Of a DNA stretch of 24,762 nt, positions 9,695-18,272 are shown one piece after another. The position numbers and the translations under genes are program-made. The stretch is from IMG/VR virus record IMGVR_UViG_3300012665_000787, positions 1-24,762 of that record; one strand, given 5' to 3'. The stretch is from a virus (taxonomy: Duplodnaviria > Caudoviricetes). Each line of letters begins with the position of its first letter. Within the stretch, counting starts at the first letter, position 1. A model generated the notes under the pieces. That model worked only from the letters and a program-made list of their open reading frames with translations, was not told the DNA's origin and did no database searches.

Positions 9695-10200
9695 TGCAAA
9701 TATTAACGTTAAAAGATGAGGCATTTTATTTAAATGACCTCCCAGAAGAAGTAGACGAGGATTGCAGATTTGCAGTCTTTGACAACAGTGATCCACAAAA
9801 TCCAGATTACTTTTTCCAACCACTAATATTTTTAGAAAGTTTTACAAGCCCAGCGGCAGTACTACAAATTGGCGAGTGGCAAATTCAAATGCCTTTAGAT
9901 TGGTGTATGATTGTTGGTGATCCAGAATGTAGTGGTGAGATGGAAGTGTTGCCACTTACAAGTTTAAATGATAGAGGTTTTAGTGCTTTCACTTTTAATC
10001 CACTTAGCAGTTTTAAGCCCCAATTTTATCCAGTTGACATTGTTAACATTTACCAAGATGTTAAATGGTATTTTCCAAAAATGAGATTAGGACAGCTACT
10101 AGCAACGCCATTACACTCTGGTCCAGAACCAGTTTGCGCTTACTTTGTGAAAGAAGTTAGTCGTCAAAGTGAAATAGTTGATTTTTCAAAATGTTGGTGA
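9694..10200 (+). CDS. Hypothetical protein, possible degenerate Hint-fold
   Basis: 168-aa beta-rich ORF coupled to uvsW by a TAATG overlap. Confidence 0.7.
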   Translation: MQILTLKDEAFYLNDLPEEVDEDCRFAVFDNSDPQNPDYFFQPLIFLESFTSPAAVLQIGEWQIQMPLDWCMIVGDPECSGEMEVLPLTSLNDRGFSAFTFNPLSSFKPQFYPVDIVNIYQDVKWYFPKMRLGQLLATPLHSGPEPVCAYFVKEVSRQSEIVDFSKCW

Positions 10201-10203
10201 TTT

Positions 10204-10470
10204 ATGGGAACATTGAAGCCTGGAGCAACATACATATATGAAAAGGCGGATGGTGTGACATACGCTAGAGAATTTGGTGCAGACCCAAGCACACGAAGAA
10301 TAATTGGCTGGGACAGTAGAACTAGTGATGGTAGACCGTTACATGATCATATAAAAGATAGTCAGTTGTGGGGAAATATTCATCGTGAAGCTAAAAAGAA
10401 TCCTGCTTTACAACATGCCCTTGAACAGTGTATAATAATATATAACTTGAGTATAGACCATGGCACTTGA
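10204..10470 (+). CDS. Hypothetical protein
   Basis: 88-aa ORF in an operon-like arrangement. Confidence 0.75.
   Translation: MGTLKPGATYIYEKADGVTYAREFGADPSTRRIIGWDSRTSDGRPLHDHIKDSQLWGNIHREAKKNPALQHALEQCIIIYNLSIDHGT
10407..10436 (+). promoter_or_regulatory. Possible internal sigma70 promoter upstream of the 10460-12175 genes
   Basis: TTTACA (10407-10412), an 18-nt spacer, then TATAAT (10431-10436), inside the end of the 88-aa ORF. Confidence 0.4.
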
Positions 10471-10915
10471 TATTAAACGTGAACTAGCCGCAGTTGACCT
10501 GCGTGACAAAGATTTTTATAATAACTTGACTGATCAAGAGAAAAAAGAATTCAGTCCGTATATTCTTATGCGATATGTTAGTAATGTACAAGGCGAAACA
10601 TTTTGGCAAGAACATTATTTAGAAGCCTGCAACGAATTAGTAAACAAGAATCATTGGGCATTTACTAAAAACGATAAAGGTATGCTTTGGAAATTATTTG
10701 CAGGATGTGGCACTGGACAAAAAATGTATCACCCATATCTGGCCGCAGGCAAAAAACAAAAAGCAGTTAAAATTGAAAAACTATTGTGCGAGTTATATCC
10801 TGCAATGAAATTGGAAGATATAAAAGTTCAAGCAAGTTTAATGGATAAAAATGACATCACTGAATTATTTGACAAACTGGGGTTTGACAAAAAACAAAGA
10901 AAAGAATATGAGTAA
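10460..10915 (+). CDS. Hypothetical protein, possibly clamp-loader small subunit (gp62-like)
   Basis: 151-aa helical ORF. FSPYILMRYVS...ELVNK resembles the gp62-family Y/F-x-P-F/Y-x-x-x-R-x-L-S segment, and the gene lies in a replication context. The assignment is weak. Confidence 0.4.
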   Translation: MALDIKRELAAVDLRDKDFYNNLTDQEKKEFSPYILMRYVSNVQGETFWQEHYLEACNELVNKNHWAFTKNDKGMLWKLFAGCGTGQKMYHPYLAAGKKQKAVKIEKLLCELYPAMKLEDIKVQASLMDKNDITELFDKLGFDKKQRKEYE

Positions 10916-11588
10916 TTACGTTTGCGTTCACTGCAACAAGGGCTACTCTAAGGAAGCAACCTTAGTGGCTCACATGTGTGAACAAAAACGCAGGGCTTTG
11001 CAACAAACTGAAAAACGTGTCCAAGCTGGATACTTAACATATAATAGATTTTATAGACTCACACAAAATGCTAAAAAAGATAAGACATATGAAGACTTTT
11101 GTAAAAGTCCGTATTACAACGCCTTTGTTAAATTTGGCAGTTTTGTTAACAACATTGATCCTTTGTATCCTGACAAGTTTATTGATTATGTCATCAAGTC
11201 TGGAGTTAAACTTGACCACTGGTGCAGAGATGAATTATATGATACCTATGTATCCGAAATAGTTCGCACTGAGCCAGCAGAGTCAGCAGTACAAAGAAGT
11301 CTCAATACAATGATGGAATGGGCTGAAGAAAATTCAGCAGAGTTTAGTCACTATTTTGATTATGTAAATGTTAATAGAGCAGTGCATCATGTGGCCAATG
11401 GACTTATTAGTCCATGGGTATTAATGAACTGTAACAGTGGATTAAAATTGTTATCTAGTTTTAATGATGAGCAGTTGGCAATTGTTGGAGAGAAAATTGA
11501 CCCAGCATATTGGAATAAGAGATTTAAAACATACCCAAGTGAAATTGCTCTAGTAAATGAAATATTCAAAGAGATTGGTATAAAATAA
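10908..11588 (+). CDS. Hypothetical protein with an N-terminal C2H2/C2HC-type zinc finger
   Basis: The likely start is ATG 10908 (MSNYVCVHCNKGYSKEATLVAHMC), overlapping the previous stop. It is coupled to the DnaE-like gene by TAATG. Confidence 0.7.
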   Translation: MSNYVCVHCNKGYSKEATLVAHMCEQKRRALQQTEKRVQAGYLTYNRFYRLTQNAKKDKTYEDFCKSPYYNAFVKFGSFVNNIDPLYPDKFIDYVIKSGVKLDHWCRDELYDTYVSEIVRTEPAESAVQRSLNTMMEWAEENSAEFSHYFDYVNVNRAVHHVANGLISPWVLMNCNSGLKLLSSFNDEQLAIVGEKIDPAYWNKRFKTYPSEIALVNEIFKEIGIK

Positions 11589-12175
11589 TGCCTGATATTG
11601 ACATAGACTTTTACAACAGAGAGTTGGCTTTAGAAAAGATCAAACACGTGCCAGCAAGCATACGTGAAGATGATACTTTTAAAAAGCACAATACAGGAGT
11701 ATATTGTACTTCTGTCCCTTACGATGCTGTTACTGGCTTGTCTACTATTGATTATCGTGAAGCAGAAGAACGTGGGTATTTTAAGATAGACTTTCTCAAT
11801 GTGTCTATATATAAAGACATTAAGAGTGAACAGGAACTAATTGATCTATTAAAAGTAGAACCACTTTGGGATCTATTAGAACAAAAAGAGTTTTGTGATT
11901 TAATATTCCATGTAAATGGTTATCACGAGTTGGTTGCTGCCTTGAAGCCAAGGAGCATTGAAGAGATGGCTATGTTTTTAGCCTTGCTTAGACCTGGGAA
12001 GAAGCATCTCATCCCAGTAGTCCGTGAAAAAGGCTTCCAAGAAATTAAGGATGCCATCTGGGTTAAAACAGAAGACTCCTACAGTTTTAAGAAAAGTCAT
12101 GCTGTTGCGTATGCTCATGCGATTGCTGTTCAAATGAATAAGATTTGTGAAGCTGTTAGCTACGGGTTTTCCTAA
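11588..12175 (+). CDS. Miniature DNA polymerase III alpha (DnaE, family C)-like protein, palm/fingers core only
   Basis: PDIDIDF, KHNTGVY, GYFKIDFL, LKPRSIEEMAMFLALLRPG and YSFKKSHAVAYA match successive DnaE motifs in order. Confidence 0.85.
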   Translation: MPDIDIDFYNRELALEKIKHVPASIREDDTFKKHNTGVYCTSVPYDAVTGLSTIDYREAEERGYFKIDFLNVSIYKDIKSEQELIDLLKVEPLWDLLEQKEFCDLIFHVNGYHELVAALKPRSIEEMAMFLALLRPGKKHLIPVVREKGFQEIKDAIWVKTEDSYSFKKSHAVAYAHAIAVQMNKICEAVSYGFS

Positions 12176-12539
12176 CGTTTCTGACTAATTGAATACTTTT
12201 ACGTTTAACACGTTTTTCTGCAATTTCGTTTAGATTCACTATTGGACCAAACAACAACTCTACATCCTTGCTGTTAATAGTCTTAATGTAACGTCTATAA
12301 TGGTCAAGTTCACCTTTAAGGAAAATGTTAATGGGTATTTTACGATTGCTTTCCCACCACCACTGCTCACCTAATTCTAAGAATAATGTTCTTTCCGACT
12401 CATTTAATATGGCGGCAAAGTCGTAGATGCTTAGAACGCTCTCATTCTGGTTGATTATTATCCCTACTATTTCCAATTCGTTGCATTTTATGCCACTTAG
12501 GAAAGGGAAGTTACTTTGTAATGTATCTGATAGGCTCAT
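12156..12539 (-). CDS. Hypothetical protein
   Basis: 127-aa ORF (WWWESNRKIPINIFL) convergent with the DnaE-like gene. A perfect TATAAATA lies upstream on the - strand at 12573-12580. Confidence 0.75.
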   Translation of the reverse strand: MSLSDTLQSNFPFLSGIKCNELEIVGIIINQNESVLSIYDFAAILNESERTLFLELGEQWWWESNRKIPINIFLKGELDHYRRYIKTINSKDVELLFGPIVNLNEIAEKRVKRKSIQLVRNVRKTRS

Positions 12540-12544
12540 TAAAA

Positions 12545-12580
12545 TAAATACTTCATGTTGAATTTACCAGTCTATTTATA
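12545..12580. promoter_or_regulatory. Overlapping divergent late-type promoters
   Basis: + strand TAAATA at 12545-12550, 4 nt before ATG 12555. - strand TATAAATA at 12573-12580. Confidence 0.55.
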
Positions 12581-13340
12581 TACACCAGCCATCCGGGTTT
12601 TCATAGATCTGGATAACTCTACCAGACAAGGGGTTGATAAAATGTATCACGGATATGCCACGATTGCTAAAGGTTTAAAAAATACCTTGAGGTTTAACTT
12701 TGTGAACGGGGATCAGCGTCCTGTTAACGTACACAACATGGAATTTGAATTCAAAATTTTTAATCCAGTAACCAACAATCAAGTATTACCAAATACAGTT
12801 AATCTAACCATATTAGATGATGGCACTACATTCAGTCTAAAAGGGCAAGCACAAGTAACATTGACCCCTGACGATACTGTTTATTTGACTCCTGGACAAT
12901 ACACTTACTCTATTGTTAAAAAAGATGGTGTAGACTTATCCCCTGTGTTTTTAGACGGCGCAAGTTCAATGACAGGCAATATTGAAATTACTGATGGCGT
13001 CATTCCTAAATTTATAGCTAGTGAAGAGCTTACATTTGCATTAAATCAAAATAACCTACGTAGAGCTGGTCCAATTGCATCAAACCGAGATGGTAGAGGT
13101 AGCAATGCACTACACACGGCACAATTATATTTTACCAATTTTACTGGTAATTTAAAAGTATTTGCCAGTTTAGATAACAGTATGACCAATCCAAATTGGG
13201 CACAAGTATCATCAACTGATTATATCAATCAAACAGGCACAACCTTTATTAATTTAGAAGACATGTCAAATGTTAACTATTTTAAATTTGAGTATGTGCC
13301 AACTGCTGGTTCCATTGACAAAGTCCTATATAGAAGTTAA
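12555..13340 (+). CDS. Putative virion structural protein (beta-rich, BppU-N-like)
   Basis: 261-aa T/N/G-rich beta-strand protein (KGLKNTLRFNFVNGDQRPV...GQYTYSI) behind a late-type promoter. Confidence 0.55.
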   Translation: MLNLPVYLYTPAIRVFIDLDNSTRQGVDKMYHGYATIAKGLKNTLRFNFVNGDQRPVNVHNMEFEFKIFNPVTNNQVLPNTVNLTILDDGTTFSLKGQAQVTLTPDDTVYLTPGQYTYSIVKKDGVDLSPVFLDGASSMTGNIEITDGVIPKFIASEELTFALNQNNLRRAGPIASNRDGRGSNALHTAQLYFTNFTGNLKVFASLDNSMTNPNWAQVSSTDYINQTGTTFINLEDMSNVNYFKFEYVPTAGSIDKVLYRS

Positions 13341-13343
13341 AAT
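13315..13343 (+). promoter_or_regulatory. Sigma70 promoter for primase-helicase
   Basis: TTGACA (13315-13320), a 17-nt spacer, then TAAAAT (13338-13343). ATG 13350 follows 6 nt later. Confidence 0.75.
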
Positions 13344-13349
13344 AGTAGT

Positions 13350-14336
13350 ATGAGTGCCCTACAGGCTGAACTACTACAACATCTACCTTTTAAAAGAAAA
13401 CAAACTAGCGGCGGCTGGTTAAGTTTTGACGCCCCTTGCTGTGAGCATAATGGCGAATCAAAAGATACTAGACAACGTGGTGGGATTATCTTGCAATCCA
13501 ATGGTGGGTTCACTTATCACTGTTTTAACTGTGGCTTCAAAACTAGCTGGCAACCTGGAAGACAACTTTATCCTAAAACTAAAAAGTTTCTTGGATGGAT
13601 CAATGTCCCAAACAGTAAAATAAATGAATTAGCCTTAGAAGCACTTAAACTTTTGGAAAGTGTAGAAGCTGGTACATTCAAATTTGCAGACTTTGTAGAA
13701 AAGGCTTTGCCACTTGAAAGTGTGCCATTAATGGAGGCTGTTCCTGAATATCCAGAGGCAGTTGCCTGCTTAGAATATATAATAAACAGAGGACTTGATC
13801 TACCTGACTGTAATTGGCATTACAGTCCATTACCAGGATATAAAGATAGACTTATCATACCTTTCTATCATAGATCACAGTTAGTTGGTTATACCGCACG
13901 TAAAGTTGTTCCAGGTAGTCCAAAGTACCTAAGTGAAAGCCAAAGTGGTTATGTGTTCAATATGGACAAACAAGACTACAAAAATAAAGTAGTCATTGTA
14001 ACAGAAGGTCCGTTTGATGCACTTAGCATTGGTGGAGTTGGTATCTTAACTAACTTGCCCAATGAGCAACAAATTGCTACAATTAATAGTCTAGGTAAGA
14101 CAGTAATAGTTGCACCAGATAGAGATTATCCAGGTATGGATTTGGTTAAAACTGCTATGAACAATGGTTGGTTAGTGGCAATGCCAAAATGGGAAGATAG
14201 CGTTAAAGACGTTAGTGATGCAGTACAAAAATATGGTAAATTGTTTACACTCAAAACTATATTGGATACTGCTACAGACAGTAAAGTTAAAATAGAATTA
14301 TTAATCAAACAACATCCTAAGAAGACAAAAGAATAA
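13350..14336 (+). CDS. DNA primase (DnaG/gp61-like)
   Basis: N-terminal Zn-binding region (PCC...YHCFNC), RLIIPF, GYTAR, PKYL, and TOPRIM motifs VTEGPFDA and PDRD. Confidence 0.9.
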   Translation: MSALQAELLQHLPFKRKQTSGGWLSFDAPCCEHNGESKDTRQRGGIILQSNGGFTYHCFNCGFKTSWQPGRQLYPKTKKFLGWINVPNSKINELALEALKLLESVEAGTFKFADFVEKALPLESVPLMEAVPEYPEAVACLEYIINRGLDLPDCNWHYSPLPGYKDRLIIPFYHRSQLVGYTARKVVPGSPKYLSESQSGYVFNMDKQDYKNKVVIVTEGPFDALSIGGVGILTNLPNEQQIATINSLGKTVIVAPDRDYPGMDLVKTAMNNGWLVAMPKWEDSVKDVSDAVQKYGKLFTLKTILDTATDSKVKIELLIKQHPKKTKE

Positions 14337-15778
14337 TGCAAAAAACAAATTATAACTCAGAAGTTCAAAGACTATATTTGGAAATGTTCTTAAGTGATGC
14401 AGAATCATTTATCCGTTGCCATAATATCTTTGACGCAGAAAACTTTGATAGGAAACTACAGGAACCCGCTAAGTTTATTAGTGAGTATGTGGACAAATAC
14501 AAAGTAATGCCAGAGTTAGAAATTCTCAACGCTAGTTGTAGTACAGACTTTAAAGATGTGACAGGACTGCCACCAGAGAACTATGACTGGCTAATGGATG
14601 AGTTTGAAACATTTAGTAGACACAAGGCATTGGAACGTGCAATTATTGCCAGTGCTGATTTGTTGGAAAAAGGTGACTTTGGTCCAGTAGAGAAGATGAT
14701 TAAGGATGCTGTGCAGATATCTTTAAACAAGGATATGGGAACTGACTACTTTGAAGATCCACGTGGACGTTTGATGGGTCTTAAAGATAAGAATGGTCAA
14801 GTTAGCACAGGCTGGCCAACTTTTGATAAGAAGCTATTTGGCGGATTCAACAGAGGCGAGCTTAATATCTTTGCTGGTGGATCTGGAGCAGGTAAGAGTT
14901 TGTTCTTACAAAACTTAGGCATTAACTTTGCACAAACAGGATTGAATGTATTGTATGTTAGTTTGGAATTGAGTGAGCAGTTGGTCGCTATGCGTTTGGA
15001 TAGTATGATGACTGGTATGCCCACAAGAGAAATTTTTAAGAGTATTGATGACGTTGAACTTAAAGTCAAAGTAGCTGGTAAGAGCAGTGGTGCTATTCAA
15101 ATTAAGTACATGCCATCTGGTAAAACTATTAATGATCTTCGAGCATATATTAAAGAATATCAAGTTAAGAAAGGCTTCAAACCAGATGTTGTACTGATTG
15201 ACTATTTGGATTTGATGATGCCAGTTAATGTCAAAGTTAGTCCAAGTGATTTGTTTGTTAAAGACAAATATGTATCGGAAGAGATTAGAAACTTTGCTAT
15301 GGATCAGAAGTGTGTATGTGTAACAGCATCACAGTTGAATCGTTCAGCAGTAGAAGAAATTGAATTTGACCACAGTCATATTTCAGGTGGACTTAGTAAG
15401 ATTCAAACTGCGGATAATGTGATTGGTATCTTTACCAGTCGTGCAATGCGTGAGCGTGGCAAATATCAAATCCAGTTTATGAAAACACGCTCAAGTTCAG
15501 CAGTAGGACAAAAGGTTGATTTGGATTATAACTTAGACAGTTTGCGTATTACTGACGCCGGTGAAGAAGGAGAAGAAAGTTCTTTCAATCAACAAAATCG
15601 TAGTGGTGGCGGAAGCAGTATTTTTAATGGACTTAAAAAGACCAGTACAGTTGTAGATTCAGGCACAGGTGAAATTAGAGATCCAGATGAAGGTCTCGCT
15701 GTACCAAAAGTTAGAGCTAAAGCTGACAGCAGTAGAATTCGTGAAATGTTAGCTAGTATGAATAGCGAAAAAGATTAA
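14336..15778 (+). CDS. Replicative DNA helicase (DnaB/gp41-like)
   Basis: Motifs STGW, Walker A GGSGAGKS, SLEL, Walker B IDYLD, TASQLNR and KTR. It is coupled to primase by TAATG. Confidence 0.93.
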   Translation: MQKTNYNSEVQRLYLEMFLSDAESFIRCHNIFDAENFDRKLQEPAKFISEYVDKYKVMPELEILNASCSTDFKDVTGLPPENYDWLMDEFETFSRHKALERAIIASADLLEKGDFGPVEKMIKDAVQISLNKDMGTDYFEDPRGRLMGLKDKNGQVSTGWPTFDKKLFGGFNRGELNIFAGGSGAGKSLFLQNLGINFAQTGLNVLYVSLELSEQLVAMRLDSMMTGMPTREIFKSIDDVELKVKVAGKSSGAIQIKYMPSGKTINDLRAYIKEYQVKKGFKPDVVLIDYLDLMMPVNVKVSPSDLFVKDKYVSEEIRNFAMDQKCVCVTASQLNRSAVEEIEFDHSHISGGLSKIQTADNVIGIFTSRAMRERGKYQIQFMKTRSSSAVGQKVDLDYNLDSLRITDAGEEGEESSFNQQNRSGGGSSIFNGLKKTSTVVDSGTGEIRDPDEGLAVPKVRAKADSSRIREMLASMNSEKD

Positions 15779-15781
15779 ACT

Positions 15782-16114
15782 TTAAGTTTGGAATTTTGTT
15801 TCACTTGGATCAGCAGTTGGATCTAAGTTGTAAATTGGATGTCTAATATTTGGATTAGGTGGTAGTCCTTGATTTCTTCTTTCTAAATCTCGAGGACTAA
15901 TCTTCTGTATGATCTTATCGCCATTACCAGCATCAATGGTTTGATCAACTGGAGTTATATGAGCAAGTTCTTTTTCTATCCTGGCAATTTCAGCTTCTAG
16001 TTCGTCTATAGACATATCCTTAGAATCCTTTGGCTCATTAGGAGACCCAAATTCTATTTTAGGAGGATTAAGTTCTATTTCTTCCAATATGTTTAAAATT
16101 TGACGTATTTGCAT
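15782..16114 (-). CDS. Hypothetical protein with a short coiled coil
   Basis: 110-aa ORF, preceded on the - strand by TAAATA (16122-16127). Confidence 0.7.
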   Translation of the reverse strand: MQIRQILNILEEIELNPPKIEFGSPNEPKDSKDMSIDELEAEIARIEKELAHITPVDQTIDAGNGDKIIQKISPRDLERRNQGLPPNPNIRHPIYNLDPTADPSETKFQT

Positions 16115-16121
16115 GATTAGG

Positions 16122-16167
16122 TATTTATTTTATAGACTTTATGAATAGCAAAAAGGACTGATAAATA
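16122..16167. promoter_or_regulatory. Divergent pair of late-type TAAATA boxes
   Basis: - strand TAAATA at 16122-16127 (7 nt to ATG) and + strand TAAATA at 16162-16167 (5 nt to ATG 16173). Confidence 0.55.
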
Positions 16168-16172
16168 TTTCT

Positions 16173-17684
16173 ATGATTGAACATAGAATAACCACAGTTA
16201 CCTTAGAACAAGGTACAGATGTTGACGCTTTCCATGAGGAAATGATCAGCTTAAATGCTGATGGTAGTGAGCACGTGCCACAACGATCAGTAGACGTGTA
16301 TGATTACATGCCGCTGAGTTTACGCAATATTCAATATTACCTCAGCAAAGAAGAAGCTGATACTTTAAAAACTGACCCCAGAGTATTAGATGTGATGTGG
16401 GGTACAACTGAACAAAATAATATCGTTGCTAGACCTGTTGCTTATTATGAAGACGGGTCGTCTAGATTATCACGCAGAACTACTAGTAACATAGGCGCCG
16501 CCTCAGAAGTTAACTGGGCAATCAATGCTTGTTCAAATAGAACAGATCCATTTGTTGATAACGAACTACAATCGTTTACACTTAAAAATACAGTTACTGG
16601 TGCTGGGGTAGATCTAGTTATTCAAGACACTGGGGTACAAGAGACCCATCCAGAATTTGAAGGCGTCAATGATCCAAGTTCAAGAGTTACCCGTGTCAAC
16701 TGGTACAACTATTTGCCAACACCTGGTAATTTAAGTTTAGGGTATTATACAACACTAGTCAGTGGTCACGGCACTCACGTAGCCAGTATTGCCGCAGGAG
16801 TAACTTGTGGTTGGGCACGTGAAGCTAGCATTATTAGTCAGCGTATACTGTTAGACGGTGACACGGCAGGAATAAGCATACTAACAGCATTTCAACTATT
16901 ACGTGCTTGGCACAATGCCAAGAGCATTAAACGCCCTACTATTGTTAATATGAGTTGGGGCTACTTTGTAGATTATCCAACGGCCCCAAACCCTGCCGTA
17001 GGTCAAGTAGATGCTTTTCACGGGGTACGTGTGGCCAGTGTTGAATCTGAAATTGCAGACTGTATAGCTGATGGAATTATTTTTGTTGGGGCAGTGGGCG
17101 ATAATAAACATTTTGTCGATATACCAAGCGGTACCAATTACAACAGTAACTACGTTTACGACAGCCAATCTGTTTACTTCCTAAGAGGCAGTACACCCAG
17201 TGCTACCCCTGGAGTTATTTGTGTAGGGGCTACTGATGCAATATTAGGCGATAAAAAGGCCACGTACAGTGCTTGTGGTCCTAGAGTTGATATCTATGCA
17301 CCGGGTAGTGGTATCATAGGGGCATGGGATCATACTACTGCCAACCCAGTGGGTTATTATATTGGACAATATCAAACTAGTGGAACATTCAAATTGGCTA
17401 GAGTAAGTGGTACTAGTCAAGCCAGTCCACAGGTAGCAGGTGTGTTGGCCGCTTGGTTAGAACACCACCCCAAAGCCACATACTTAGAAGCAACAGAATG
17501 GATTACCAGCATCAGTACAAAGAATCGTATTACTAATGATAGTCCCAACAGTTTTACCAATTATTTGAATTTGCAGGGCAGTGCCAATAGATTTTTATAC
17601 AACGGCAACTATGCTTATTTGGTTTTGAAAAACGTTTCAGCCGCAGGATTTACTGTGCGCAACGTGCCAACATTCCAACCTTAA
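16173..17684 (+). CDS. Subtilisin-like serine protease (peptidase S8) with N-terminal propeptide
   Basis: Catalytic triad motifs VIQDTG, GHGTHVASIAAG and SGTSQASPQVAG, plus VNMSWG and VDIYAPG. Confidence 0.92.
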   Translation: MIEHRITTVTLEQGTDVDAFHEEMISLNADGSEHVPQRSVDVYDYMPLSLRNIQYYLSKEEADTLKTDPRVLDVMWGTTEQNNIVARPVAYYEDGSSRLSRRTTSNIGAASEVNWAINACSNRTDPFVDNELQSFTLKNTVTGAGVDLVIQDTGVQETHPEFEGVNDPSSRVTRVNWYNYLPTPGNLSLGYYTTLVSGHGTHVASIAAGVTCGWAREASIISQRILLDGDTAGISILTAFQLLRAWHNAKSIKRPTIVNMSWGYFVDYPTAPNPAVGQVDAFHGVRVASVESEIADCIADGIIFVGAVGDNKHFVDIPSGTNYNSNYVYDSQSVYFLRGSTPSATPGVICVGATDAILGDKKATYSACGPRVDIYAPGSGIIGAWDHTTANPVGYYIGQYQTSGTFKLARVSGTSQASPQVAGVLAAWLEHHPKATYLEATEWITSISTKNRITNDSPNSFTNYLNLQGSANRFLYNGNYAYLVLKNVSAAGFTVRNVPTFQP

Positions 17685-18244
17685 ACCATCCACTCTCGAA
17701 TGGCTCTTTTAGCAGTGCCTTCTACGGCTGCTTGCCATTGTTCAATACCATTTAGATCAAATACAATGCGTTCATCGGCGGGCATATAAAGCCAACTGTG
17801 CTGAGTGGACCATGGACTGGCTCCACGTATCTCACCTTCTAACTGTCCTGGTGCCCAACTACAAGCACCTAAGAACGCTTTGAACTTGTTGGGCATGTTG
17901 CCCTGTGCCATGTCAATGATAAAGGCCAAGTTGTTGGTCATTCTAATGTCATCATTGATTATGATAGTTTCACTACCGGACACGTCACCTGAATGTAACA
18001 AGTGTACAGTTTGATTATTAACTGGACCGCCTGCGTGTATTACGCCAGGCATGGTGTTGTCAATGCCAGCTTTGTCAAATACTTCTTTAACAGTAATGTT
18101 GGCTATGGGTTTGTTGACCACAACTCCCCATGCGCCTACCTCAGTGTGGTTCACAACCAATATCACTGTGTTGGTAAAACGCTTGTCGCTGATTTTAGGT
18201 GGTGCTACTAGCAAGTAGCCTTTGAAACTTTCTGGATGTGCCAT
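17681..18244 (-). CDS. YqgE/AlgH family protein (DUF179)
   Basis: Motifs LLVA-P, D-RF--TVIL, GAWGVVVNKP, GGPV, FLGACSWAPGQLEGEI and SWL. The likely start is ATG 18244, not 18292. Confidence 0.88.
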   Translation of the reverse strand: MAHPESFKGYLLVAPPKISDKRFTNTVILVVNHTEVGAWGVVVNKPIANITVKEVFDKAGIDNTMPGVIHAGGPVNNQTVHLLHSGDVSGSETIIINDDIRMTNNLAFIIDMAQGNMPNKFKAFLGACSWAPGQLEGEIRGASPWSTQHSWLYMPADERIVFDLNGIEQWQAAVEGTAKRAIREWMV

Positions 18245-18249
18245 GAGTA

Positions 18250-18267
18250 TATTTAACGCTATAAATA
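18250..18267. promoter_or_regulatory. Back-to-back divergent late-type promoters in a 28-nt intergenic gap
   Basis: - strand TAAATA at 18250-18255 and + strand TATAAATA at 18260-18267, each exactly 5 nt before an ATG. Confidence 0.7.
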
Positions 18268-18272
18268 TTGTG

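Noticed and set aside
11588-12175. Mini-DnaE as a frameshifted pseudogene or split-intein half
   Set aside because: The flanking ORFs show no DnaE or intein motifs, the deletions are internal and in frame, and the catalytic residues are intact.
14873-14880. Exact E. coli Chi site GCTGGTGG
   Set aside because: It is a single occurrence, explained by the Ala-Gly-Gly codons at the helicase Walker A.
18-15163. Many antisense or alternate-frame ORFs in the track (e.g. 18..257, 531..851, 2717..3097, 4398..4685, 5376..5786, 9199..9539, 14797..15163)
   Set aside because: They lie almost entirely within well-supported genes, have no motifs or SD, and are typical shadow ORFs.
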